The notes under the pieces were generated by a model. The model saw only the letters and a list, made by a program, of their open reading frames with translations, had not been told where the DNA came from and searched no databases. DNA of 64,000 bases from Tubiluchus corallicola (Eukaryota; Animalia; Priapulida). Below are positions 28,101 to 40,610 of the stretch, in pieces; the stretch's first letter is position 1; each line of letters begins with the position of its first letter. Both the position numbers and the translations under genes were made by a program. The DNA is taken from the NCBI GenBank assembly GCA_030141605.1, contig JAQGDQ010002386.1, positions 124,001-188,000 on the forward strand. Reading direction: 5' to 3'.

Positions 28101-30405
28101 TTTCGAAAATTTGTCAATGTGTCTGTTTAATTACTTTAAATTGCTTTAATCATAAAAGTCTTAATGATAATGCGGCGCACCATAATTATCGGTAGTAATT
28201 GTAATATATATTTTGTATTTTTTCTAAAACACGATTACAAGAGTTTTAGTGCTTGAAGCAAGTTTTTCGTAGTTACTGTGGAAAATCCGCTTTTTAGACT
28301 AGTTTTTCTCCCGGGTTGTTTTTTTCCATTTTGTTTGGGTAAAGCTGGTCCGCGTTACCATAATACAGGTTTGTATAACTTTTACGCCTGCAGTCAGATG
28401 TGATGTGTTTTTATGTACGAGGTTTATGTAAATGACAAAAGCCAGGTTTTAGACGCCTCTAATCTCGAATAGAGGGTAGCTGCTGTGTGTGAACCCAACG
28501 TTAGACTTGTTAAGAGGCAAGTTTACTGTCTGCCGAATCATGACTGATTGCATAGGAAATTCCACGGGTATTGAAAAATTAACTACAGTATTGTCAGTTT
28601 AAAGGAACGAAAATTGTCAAGCTGTCAGAGTTATGAAAACAGTTTCGGTCTCGTCTAGAAGACTTTGTCCTGTGCTCATATAACGACCGCTATCGTGTAC
28701 AGTCCAGTCAACTTGGCTAAACAAAGCTACTTAGTGGGGTGGACAGGTGAAAATGTTGAATATAAATCCAGAAATATTGCTTTCTTGTAACTCGTTTAGT
28801 GATAGGAGTACTAGTTCTTTACAAACGTGTAAGGCTCTAGTTAAAAAAGAAATTTTCTGGTAGAGAATGCCGAAGATAAAAGGCCCGAGTGAAATACTGG
28901 ATTTATAAATGCAGTTATTCTCTATTTAGGAATGTCCAGTGTAAAAGTACAAGAAACAGCAAAAAATGACTACTGTGAGCAAATTGTTCCTTTTAAGAAC
29001 AAATCACGAGACATCCTGAGACAATCTTCCCTTAAATTGTAATTTAATTATTTTTTAGACAATTTTATCCGACTTGTGCCCATACGTAATGTATTTGTAT
29101 CAATAGAAAACGTTTCTGAATAAGTCTATTTAATTTATGCTTACTTTGTTTAGTCTGTACATGTGAAGTTTAAATAATAACTTGGCTGAAGTAGTTTTGC
29201 TAAATAAAATACATTTTTTGGAGAGCTTTTACTGGTTGAAAGCTGTTCAAGCAAAGTTTTGATTGGTTTACACGAATAATAGGATGAATACATTAGTGCT
29301 GGGAGCATTGTACCTAAACCTTTGATTGTACACGATAAGAGTTTTAAACTCTCTTGTCCAGTCGCACTTATAACTAACAAAGCCAGACAGGTAGTCCATT
29401 AAGCACCGTCCACACACCTACAACACCTAAGCTTACCTCACCTGACGACTAATTAGTAATATTGGTCATGACAGGTAAGGTGAATGAGTTCCTAATACGT
29501 AGCTAATTGTTGATCACTTGCAGAATAGGATATTAGATAGTGTTTGTTTTTCATAATTATTCCTGTTGAATCATTGTTTTCAGTTGTCTTGCGTTGTTTG
29601 ATTTAGATCAAGTAGGAATTTCAGTGTAGGCAATTAGGTAAATTATAATTATGTACATCATTGTTAATTAACCCACCAAATGATGTTGATTTTTTCATAT
29701 CGCGTGCGTTTCGGCAACTAGCACTACTGTGTATTTGAGTTTATCTTACAAAACTTACACAATATTTATAGGCCTATAATTTATAGAATAACATTATACT
29801 TTTGCGATATTGAGTTATTCGAACTCAAGCAGCGCTGAGACAGCGAACTATTTAATTTCACTATTAACGCATATATAGTGAATAAATTTGACCTTTGATT
29901 TGTAAATTCTATAATTGTAATGATTTTGTTACTGAGATAAAAGTTTAGCAACACTAAATAATTGTAGTTACAGCAGTTTTGTTTACTGTATGTATGTTAC
30001 AATTTAATAAAATAAGTCAAGCATTTATTATGTCAAAAATATTTACAACTTCTTTGTTAGTACTGCTATATTGCCTGAAGTCATTTTCTCAGCAACTGAT
30101 TTCATGTGTGATAGTAGAAAGTGTTGTGGTGTTTTATTTAATCATTTACTCTTCATTGCGTTTACATAAACACTGCTGAGTCAGTTGTGGACAGTAATGC
30201 CATAAAGTATGTTGATCTGTTTTCATGTTTCTCTCCGTCTCTCCCCTTTCCCTCCCTCCCCCCCCTCTCTCTCTCTTTCCTCCCCTATTTTCATTTACAA
30301 AGTGCATATATCAAATAGCGCTATTTGATATCAGACGTCAATCTGCCTCTAGTAAACAAACACCTTTTTCTGTTGACTTGCTCTGTTGGGAAGTTTGCTT
30401 ACTTC

Positions 30406-30419
30406 GTTTCCATGGCAAC
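30406..30419. promoter_or_regulatory. RFX X-box motif upstream of the first Rab23 coding exon
   Basis: GTTTCCATGGCAAC is a near-palindromic X-box; a forkhead-like GTAAACAAACA lies at 30352-30362. Confidence 0.45.
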
Positions 30420-31935
30420 TAATAGCGCGGTTAGTGATAGGAAAAGGTTTCATTATTTACTGGATCGATTGTTCATGCATCTGTATTATTGCTTCTGATC
30501 AATACAATTCAATTAATAACTGTTCCTGCTGCAGTTCTTATAATCAATCAGCTCAAAACTAAGCAAGAATTATTGGGCGATTAATCCACATTCAATTATG
30601 TACCCATTTGGTATGTCCAAAGTTTCTAGAGATTGTCAGGTTTACCTTGTCAAGGAAAAAAGCAAGAAAAATAACTTTCTCATAATAAAAGGCAATAATA
30701 ATATGACTCATTTATAGTTTATGAATGTTAAGTGATTTTTAGAATTCAAAAAGATAATTTAAACAGTGCAACTGTGCATTTAAGTTCTGCTTTTTTCTGA
30801 ACAAAAATAAATTAATATTTTTAATAAATAATTTCATATAGTCACTAAAACAAGTGGCATCGTAACTATGTACTTTTTTATCAAAGGTACCTACATCAAA
30901 GGTGCTATACACATTTTGTTTGTCACTTGTAGGCTTACATGTGTGCAATTTCCTAATAAAATGTAGCTTAGGTCTGTTTGGTTTATTAGCTCTCATGCAT
31001 TTTTAAGTGCACATGTTGATTGCTTTCCATTCTGCTATAGAGGTATAAAGTCTATAATAGACTTTTTTATATTTCTTTAATTCTACAGACCTTGGTGCAA
31101 GCTAGCTGGGAACTTGGGGCCCATCATAATTGTTCTCAGTTGGGCCCCACATCTCCTAAGCCCGGCCTTGTTTATTATATCATTATTGCTTTCATATATC
31201 TGCAACTTTTTCTTTTTTCTAAATACAGCATTTCAGTTTTTACTGTAACTATGTTGCTCCTTACACTGACCGTGGGCTATTTATCAACCAAAACACACTA
31301 GACCTTTATATTAAATTTCTGTTACTCTGTGGTTATATCACAATTTGGCCCTTTCTTTTTCTCATTACAGAAAAAAGGGAGTTGATAAATTTGAAGGCCA
31401 CTTTGGGCCTATCAGTATTCACCAGATGTTACATTCACAATCAGAAGTGTGAACTTCTGTTGAATTTTCTGTTTTTCCTTACCCATCTTTGAAATAAGTT
31501 TTCAACTAGCCATAATTTATGGGCTGTAGGGATTGTTGAATTAAATCAATTATTTATTTCAGGTTTCCAACAGGTTATATAAATAGAATTAGCAAAACAC
31601 TCCTATATCTTCACCTGCCAGAGATGCAGTGTAGTTCTTCAGTTGGCCATGCTACCACGTGGAGCCTGTCATATCCTGTTTATACACAGAATCCAGAAAA
31701 TAATGAAAAGTGACACAAACTTTAGGTACTAACGGGAGTGGTCTTAGCAGACCTCCTTGAAGGACCTCGACTCATCATTTTTGTTTTTTCGCAGGTTGGC
31801 GAAGATGACTGCAGACAGGATTTACAATTGAATTTTGTGCTTGAACTTTTACCGGGCCTCGGGGCAAGGCCGGTCAGCCACTTTCTGCAATCTCACACTT
31901 GAGTTTAAGCATTGAAACTCAATGCGGTAAAAGTG

Positions 31936-31968
31936 ATGAGGGAGGAAGAGATAGAGACTGCCATTAAG
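31936..31968 (+). CDS. RAB23: Rab23 coding exon 1
   Basis: [11 protein letters not shown]|gtttgg; exon acceptor ttttttcgcag ends at 31794. Confidence 0.88.
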
Positions 31969-34900
31969 GTTTGGTTCACTTAACAGACAATCTTTTTTTT
32001 CTGTTTAATGCTTATTCCCCCTTGCCTCCTTGGGGCAGTCTTATCATTGCAGATATATTCTTTTTTAATTTTATAGTTTTCCTTTTTCTGCACCTGTTAT
32101 GATGGCACTGTAAAACATTAACACTGTTAAAAAACTTTGCTTTCCAGCCTTAAAATTTTATATGAATCCCTATAGCCAAGGATGCTACCATGTGCATATC
32201 TCATTAATAACTGGCAAAAAGTTTATGATTTTCAGCAAGGTTATAATTTTCAACAGCATTGAACTAAACTTTTCTCCTCAATTTCTCTTTTGGCCTGTTA
32301 GAGGTGTAGTGAATTATAATGAATTCTGTCGTAAATTTCAGCTATGATTATCATAAAACAGTTGATGGAGAGCCAAGCATTACTTTTATCCTTCATTGGC
32401 CATTATTGACACAATTTTAGAACTGTGTAAGAGGATCCATTCTAAACACATCATTGACACAAAATAAAATTACTAATGTGATCTGAATTTGTTAGCGCTA
32501 CAGCCTACAGGAAATAGGGGCCATTTGCCATTTCCATACAATGTGCTATATTTACTAGCTGAATAACCATGAAGTGCAGTGGACAATAGGGGAGTAAAAT
32601 CATAAATGTGTTATTCATGCTTCTTGTTCATGCTCAAAAGTAATGTTGTTACAGTTAATGTAGAAGTGCATAGATTTTACTAATGCTGCAATTTATTATT
32701 TAAAGTGCTATAATGGCATTATTAACTGCGGAATTGATTAAGTTTGATAATCACTGAGTTGCCAAAAGCTGTGACCAGCCATTGAATGCTTGTGCTATTC
32801 TCATAAATTAAAAATGTTAATGTGCAGATTGCATGTGTGCTATTGAAATAGAAGTATGAGTTCAAAGTGAATAAAAACTCTTTGTATTTGCAATAATTTG
32901 TGTTGCTCAATAAAAAGTGAATGACTCATTTTTATCCATATGAGTAATTTGTTTGTCTTCCACTAGGTGGTAATAGTAGGCAACGGTGCTGTAGGAAAAT
33001 CATCTATGATACAGAGGTACTGCAAAGGCATTTTCACCAAGGAGTACAAGAAGACTATAGGTGTTGACTTTTTGGAAAAACAATTTCAGTAAGTGCTTTG
33101 TTTAACTGAGGTAACTCAGTTACTACAAGACCTATTGCAGAGTCTTTGTTGATAAAAAGTGTGCTTTAAAGTTTCTTTTAGGTCAACCATCCGTCTAACT
33201 CACATACTTCTAGTTGCAACAACTTGTAACAATATACCAGAATATCCAACAGTTGATCATGTTTTATTAAGTAGTTTTCTTGTAATTAAAGTCTTCTTGA
33301 AAAAGTGGACATCTGTCAGCTTGATGACTGTTGCAGAATTAACGGGGAAGATGTGCGGCTAATGTTATGGGATACAGCCGGTCAAGAAGAATTTGATGCA
33401 ATAACAAAGGCATATTACAGAGGCAAGTACCTTTCAAAGTTGCAAGCTTCTTGACTGCTTCACAGTTTTTATCACTATATGGCAATTGGGTGTGTATGGA
33501 AATCACAAACATATCATAAACTAAATTTGCAAGCATGGTTAAAGCACCTTGCTTTAGTATGTAAACTTTAGGTATAATGCACATTATAAATGTGCAAGAA
33601 GAAAGTTTTTAACATTTTTATACAGTTTGGCACTCTGAAGCTGGAGTTCTAATGATTGTGGTAGGATTGGGACCTTGGTGTATCAGTCACATGCGGATAT
33701 GAATACCACGTAAACAGCCATAAACAAACTCCTCAACAGTATAAACAGCCATAATTAAGCCGGCAGTAGCAAGTATCAAACCCTAGTGGTTACCTATCCA
33801 TTTTCTGATTAAGCTTGACATTACTTAATTTCAGTTACTAAGTATGCACTGTTAACTCACTCAAAATTTTGGCTGTTGTCTGGATAGGTCTTAGCTTGTG
33901 TTTGTGTTCAAATTTGTAGTTTTCTACAAAGATTTAATTTCTTTTAGAAACTAAAGTTATTTGTTTAAATCAATTTTAAATCTGTACAGTAATGTGCCTG
34001 CAGTCTCGCATTTTGTTTTATAAAACTGACAGGCAAATAAGTATATTGTGTTTTTACTTTGCACTAAGCTAATTTCCATTTGTTTTGTGTTGGTCTTCGA
34101 TGTTGATTATCTACATGCAAGAAAACAGTTTGTTACCTTATTTGTGGGACACGTATGTCCAGCCTTCCGCGCTTCACGGTCGTCCTCTTTTCTTCCCTAA
34201 ATTGCATTTATCTGCCGTGTTGTAATTTGCATATATTTTCCTTGACAAGCAAAATGACAGGTTAGACAAATTCATTCATTGTTCTGTAATAAAAGTTACT
34301 AGTTTTTCTAATTATTGGTTAGAAATTTCATCATGCCAGTTTGTTAGTGAAGTGAAACTATGTTACAGATAAACAAGTACGTGATATGGGGGGAAATTCT
34401 ACTGTGAGTTGATCGGGGTGGGCAAATAAAATTTGTGTCTCTGCTGCTATGTAATTGATATTTCTTGAATGACATTGCCTGATTGAAACATAATTAATGA
34501 TCTTCTATTAAACCTTGAATTAATATACTTCGTTGTACCATAATTAATCCATCGTTTGTTGAAGAATGGGGCATAGAAATAATTATGACTCCTATCTCAA
34601 CTGCTTTCTACTCCTATCTTTAGTCACATTGTTGTTGTTATACCATTTCAGGTGCTCAAGCTTGTGTTCTAGCTTTCTCTACTGTAGACAGAAGTTCTTT
34701 TGATGCAATAGAAAAATGGAAAAAGAAAGTGAGCATTTTAGAATAATTAGATAAATATACATAAAGCAAATTACTGATCGTAAGTGATTCGCTTAGATAC
34801 TACTTCTTTTTTGCTGTTCCTCCATATTTGTTAAACATTGAATGTTGACAAAGTGTTGGATACAAAACATTGTAGAGGAGCTTCAGAGGAGCTAAATGCA

Positions 34901-37900
34901 CAATACTTGTTGTGATGACAAAAAGTATAACAGTAGAATAGAAAACTTTAAATATTTATTGATGTAAAAGATTAAACAAAAATATCGGTAAAAATATAGG
35001 CATATAAGGTCTTGTAACAGCCAACTAGTGAGAACAGAATGTAACAAAATTGGAGCAAACTGTTCACTATTGGGCTAAACCTGTTTTTAGAACAGGGTAA
35101 CAGATAGGTAGAAGCCATCTACTACATCAGTAGTGATTTTACAGATTACTGAGCTAATTACAATTTAAATGTAATTTTTGTAATTTTCTGGTCATTCACA
35201 ATGTCAATACTTAAGATTAGGTTTAAGTGAACAAGCGGTGACCAAGAAATTTTGTCTAGTGAAATTCCTGGGTTGTTCATATCCATGGCCATATCTAATG
35301 TTTAAGGCTGGAGGTAGATCCACGAATCAACTGTAGTTACCTGTGTACTTTCTTACATCCAGCCTGCCTCTGGGTCTGTACAATTTACAAGAATGATCTC
35401 TAATATTAGCTGCATTCCTCAAGGATGGCTCATCTTGAATGTTAGTTTTATTGATAATCTGAAAAACCTGAATCATGAAATTTTGCATATAAAATTTAGA
35501 GAATAGGCAATTCATGTTTTCTGAAAAGCTTCCTATTAATTTGTTTGCTTTGAGGAAAACTAGGTCATCTGTTAAAACAAGGTATCACTAGCAAAGACTT
35601 ACAAAGCTCAGTGAATTAACCAAGTGCCAAATAAATTAATCCACATTATTTAGGTTGCTATGGCAATGCGGTAATGATGATAGTTTAACTAGAAGTAGCA
35701 CACCATTAATTATGTGCTGATTGTGCAATGGCTCTTACTAGCTTAGATTTTTGTAACAGCGAGGATCTTGTGATATCTGAGCTTACACAAACATTTTTGA
35801 TTTTTAGTTAAATATGTTTTGAAACATCTATATTCATTTGTTTTAATGATAAATATACGTATTACATATATTCAGCATAGCAGTTTTATGAAGGTGATTA
35901 AAAAAATGTTTCTTTTATTTTTCTGCTGTTATCATCACAAATGTACTTTTCAGATGTCTGTTGCCTTCATATATAATTAAAGCAACATTTCTGACTTATT
36001 AACTTGGTTTACTCTATTAGCTTCTCAAACTCAGCTGTAGGCTTCGATCATCCATGATGTATAATCAATAGATTTAATTAGCTTCGTTTAGACTAAGCTT
36101 GCATGTAATTTATGCTGGTTCTTAATCATGTTGGTTTGTTTTGGCAGGTGGAAAGTGAATGCTCTTACATACCTACTGTATTGGTGCAGAATAAGATGGA
36201 CCTAATTGATCAGTCAGTGGTCCCCAAGTAAGTGTTGATAAGTACTGTCTCCTATGCATGTATGGCAATGTAACGAAAGAGGGTGAAAGGTGCAAAGGAA
36301 GAATGATGTACGACAGGAAGGAAGGAGCAAAGGAAAGCCATTAGTGTAATTACTAACTTGGAGTATAGTGACATTTGGAATTTAAGGCTGTAGTTGTCTA
36401 TCATGTAATAACATGTTATTGACATAAAATACAAATTGTTTGTGTTTTATATTACGCAGTAGTTTGCATTAATGGTTCTAACATAGAAGCTGTTCATATG
36501 TTTTCATCTCTAAAGTTTGAGCATTGAACAAACATGATATTGGATTGCCACGTTGCATTATTTTTTTAATATCCTCGTGTAGATTTTGCTGCTTATAGTA
36601 AAGTTGTAGGTGCGAAAGTGTAATCAGCAAAAGAAAATTGGTAACAATAGTAGTGTTATTTTTGATTAAAAAGCATTAACCATAAAATGGATTAATGTAT
36701 TTTACTGCATAAATCTTGACACATTTGGATAAGTACAGTAGACACATACACACGTGCACAGATTAATGAAATTATTATAGTCTATCTAAGAATCACCAAA
36801 AGTGCACATAGTGCACACAGTTATTATAGATAAAACTAAAATCATAATATGTATGTTTGATGCATACTTATATATGTATATGTATACAGATTACTTTTGC
36901 ATTTGTTTTAGGGAAGATGCTGAAGGGTTAGCTAAACGACTAAAACTACGGTTGTATCGAACGTCCGTGAAAGAAAATTTACACATAGATGATGGTAATT
37001 AAATAGTACATGTTTTACATGTATCATTGGCATAATAAACTGTAAAGAATGTAAGAACCTGGTTCTGTAATGCAAAAAGAACTTTTAAATTATGTCATTA
37101 GTTTAGAAGTGACAAGTAACAAGCTGTGCGCCATTTTGTATCACCAAAGTGTCTTGTTCTTTTTACAAAGTAATATATTGTATCACCATCCCAATGTACA
37201 CCACTGGCTCACCAAAAAAACATTAATCTTTTTGACAGTATAAAGTAATTAATACTTTTCTTTAGTTAGTGAAGAGTTTGCTACTGCAAATGCTCTGATT
37301 ATTTTTTCAAACTTTACGCATTGTTATTTTTTATCTAAAGTTGTTTCAAACATCTGACTGTTCAAATGGCCATGCTTAATGGTCATTTCAAGGCAAACTT
37401 TTGAATTTTATTTATGAAAAGTGTTTTCTTGTCCTTAATGTCTTTTTTAATATTTTATCATTGTCATATTCCTTATTTAATATAATTTTTAAAATTCTTT
37501 CCATGTCATTTTGTCAGAAATGAAAATTTGACAAAGTTCTTGAAGAAATGAATCATGACATCATTCCCATTGAGAAACAACATGAATCATACTTTTGTCA
37601 TCTTATAACCCTCAGAACTATTCCACTAGAGTCCTTCAAAGCTGTGAATAACTGCAGTGCTAGATATTAAGATACTATTATTATTTATTTGTACATCAAT
37701 GTACATTAATACCACATGGTCATGCAGTACATTAGTAATTTTACAAATGTAATCAGTTACTGATTTATAATACATTAATCACAAAATTATACAATGGAAA
37801 AAACAAAGCAATAAAGAGACAAAAATGACAATAATTAACTTTAAAAGTTATACTTTAAAATACTATGAAATTATTTGCATGTGGTTAATCCTGCATAATA

Positions 37901-39404
37901 AACATTAAAATTTCATTTAATTCAGTCAAGATAAGAAAAGAGAATTCTGCTGCTTCTATTGTATTTAAAATATCCATGGCCAGAGATGCACTAGAAGTTT
38001 GATCATCAGTTAGTCTGCATTCCTCTATAAATACATATGATTGGACAAGCTTCGGCTTAGATATCATCAATGCATAATCTATATTGTAATTTTGGCAGAT
38101 GTACTTCACATTATTTCCCATATGTGATAGAACTGAATAACAACTTTGTCGAGCAACTTTGTTCTTTCCTGAAAATTAAATCCTGCTAACCGTTTCGTTA
38201 ATTTTCATCTATTTATTATTCTGTCCAGGGGAGGAGGCAGTCATTTCCTGACACCCTTACTCTTTATACATGTTTTTATAGAAAGACGTAGAGACGAGAA
38301 TTGAGAATGTACGTCCTTCATTAACTTTTTGCAATAAGTTACATAAATTTGTTTGCAGTTTTCAGGTATTTAGCAGAAAAATATTTACAGCAGATGAACA
38401 GTTCAGTAGATGACTGTCAGATGCATCGTATTGGCGGGCACAGTAAGTAGAAGTTTCTCTGTCTTTAGTTCTGCACTTCTAGTGATTTTTTTTGCAAAGT
38501 ACATGTGCTTATCTGGCAGTCAAGAGTAATAAATACGAAAGATATTACATAAGATACCTGTGTTTCATAATGTGAATTGTGCTTCAGAAGTAATACATTT
38601 TTCTGATTGAGTATCCAGTAATTAAATTTATGAAACTACTGCAAAGTAATACATAAAGTTAAGATGCGATGCAAGTGGACTGTACAGTTGTCTAATCATG
38701 CTGCTGTTTAAATAATATTTGAAAATAATAACTTTACTTAATGAATTAAAAGCTTACAAGTTAATCGTTGTTAAACCTAATTAGTAATTTGTTTGGAGAC
38801 ACACTGAATATTTCATTCATTGAGTGTTGCTTTCTTGAATGAAGATACTTCAGGAAAGCAGTTGAAAGCCTTGGAGCCTTGAAAATTAACTAGTGTTGCT
38901 TTCAAGTAATGCATATGCCTTTGAATGTATGATAAATGGTAAGATATTTTGAAGAAAATTATTGTGAAAATGTCTAGCAGATTGTTTTTAATCTTCACTA
39001 GCAGAAATTGCAGGTTTGCCTGTTGTAGCATAATGCTCATTAAATTTTGTTGATAGAAGACAAGTCATGTCACTTTGCAAGAATGAGTGTGCAACAGGAA
39101 GTGTTGCCAGAAGAAACTTTCTGTAATTCAGTGCATTTTTATAGAGGCATATCTTGCTAGTAACATAGTATTTTTACTTTAGACATTGGTCTTGCTTGTG
39201 GCAATTTGTATAAAAAATTGTGCAATCAAAGCACTGAAGTTCCTATATATGCTTGTTGTGCTAATTTGACATATTATTAATGCAGATGCGTTTGCAACTG
39301 GGAACGGGGTGCCCGGAAAAGGACGTGAGACGATCCAGCTTCATCCGAGCAAGAGGAGAACACAGGGAAAGAAATCTCCCCTTGGAAGGTGTAAGCTATT
39401 ATGA
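31936..39404 (+). CDS. RAB23: Ras-related protein Rab-23, complete CDS, 8 exons, 227 aa
   Basis: Exons 31936-31968, 32967-33088, 33337-33422, 34652-34728, 36148-36227, 36912-36994, 38359-38442 and 39286-39404 join in frame (684 nt). Motifs [45 protein letters not shown] and a C-terminal CKLL CaaX box. Confidence 0.95.
32967..33088 (+). CDS. RAB23: Rab23 coding exon 2 (P-loop, switch I)
   Basis: [40 protein letters not shown]. Confidence 0.95.
33337..33422 (+). CDS. RAB23: Rab23 coding exon 3 (switch II), followed by a GC donor
   Basis: [28 protein letters not shown]; AG|gcaagt. Confidence 0.93.
33760..33850 (-). mobile_element. Degenerate 5S rRNA-derived SINE head
   Basis: Minus strand gaaattaagtaatgtcaagc...ggataggtaacc aligns to the 5S A and C boxes. 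Confidence 0.4.
34652..34728 (+). CDS. RAB23: Rab23 coding exon 4
   Basis: (G)[25 protein letters not shown]|gtgagc. Confidence 0.93.
36148..36227 (+). CDS. RAB23: Rab23 coding exon 5
   Basis: [26 protein letters not shown]; NKxD motif. Confidence 0.93.
36912..36994 (+). CDS. RAB23: Rab23 coding exon 6
   Basis: [27 protein letters not shown]. Confidence 0.93.
38359..38442 (+). CDS. RAB23: Rab23 coding exon 7
   Basis: (V)[27 protein letters not shown]; A|gtaagt. Confidence 0.9.
39286..39404 (+). CDS. RAB23: Rab23 last coding exon
   Basis: [38 protein letters not shown]. Confidence 0.9.
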
Positions 39405-40028
39405 ACTATCCAGCTCCAGTCCTCGGCACTGCCTATACTAATCAAACGATGGGGAATCTTTAGTGCAGTTTACTTCTGTGATTACATGCAACACATTATG
39501 TCTCGTACATCTTGTAATATCCTGTGTAGCTGAACGTCGTGTTCTAAGATGTGGTGCGTTCTCTAACATTGCGTAGAACATTATGTTATTTTGAAAAACT
39601 CGTAACACAGGTTTAAAGCAAAATGTAGATAGCTGACAATAGGTTCGTTAAGCGTATTTGAACATGTCCACTGTCTAGCAGTGCTAATGGCAACTGGTGC
39701 ATTGTGGTTACAGATTACTGCTCACAGTGATAAACTAAAAGGTGTGCATTGTAGCCATATTTGCCCTAATTCGGTACATCTTGCATATCGTAACGGAAAA
39801 AAGACGTATTTTTGAACTCTGATGTAAAACTATTTGAGGTATTAAATATTGAAAGACAGAATGTTTTTCAAGAAAGATATGCTTCAAAGAAATATTACGG
39901 GGAGTCTAATTTTGTTAGTTAATTGTTGTCTAACATACTTCCAGCTATTCAGGTGGGTGACAGTGCAGGCTTGGATTTTGAAAACACATGCACAATAACA
40001 GTTTGTGCCTGATCAGAATGCAACTTAA

Positions 40029-40610
40029 AAAACCTGGCTGAAATCTTGAATTATAGCTTAAAACAATTTACGTTATAAAATATTGAAAAGGAATGTATAA
40101 TTTTTCAAAAATAACTTACATGAAGGAATTATTACCACAGAAATGCAATTTCCTATTCGCATGGCTAGTTCTTTGCTGTTACATGAGCACTACCGCTTGG
40201 AACATTTCGTTAAAAACAGGTGTTGTACCTCTCAGTTCAGAGGTGTTCAGTGGTGATGTAGTATGCACGTTTGAGAGCACTTGCGTGAGCACAGCAATAA
40301 GCTTGAAATATAAATTCTAGACTTATAATTTGCCAAGTTTTTATATATCACACTGTATATTGTACAGTAGCACTGGACTTCAATTTTTGTTTTTGCAGAC
40401 ATATACAACACACACGTGCAATGTTTGAACTATTGAAACTTATGTTCAATTGTGATGTCATCACTAGTTGGGCTCGTTTGCTCTTCATTAAGTTTTTAAT
40501 CTATTATTTAATTATCAGAAACACACTGTGACATCATTACCGATGTTAAAATGTATTCTTTTTCTGCAGTTCAAAACGGGGTGTGTTATGAAAAATCATC
40601 CTGTTTTTCT
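40029..40610. mobile_element. Kolobok-like non-autonomous DNA transposon, copy 2 (partial third copy at ~40670-41001)
   Basis: Flanked by TTAA on both sides, ends ...gtttttct|ttaa, and is collinear with 17837-18413. Confidence 0.55.

Noticed and set aside
1309-39404. Functional pairing of PPM1H (a Rab phosphatase) with neighbouring Rab23
   Set aside because: Rab23 switch II reads [10 protein letters not shown], with Ala at the position of the LRRK2-phosphorylated Thr of Rab8/10. Adjacency alone is not evidence in an animal genome.
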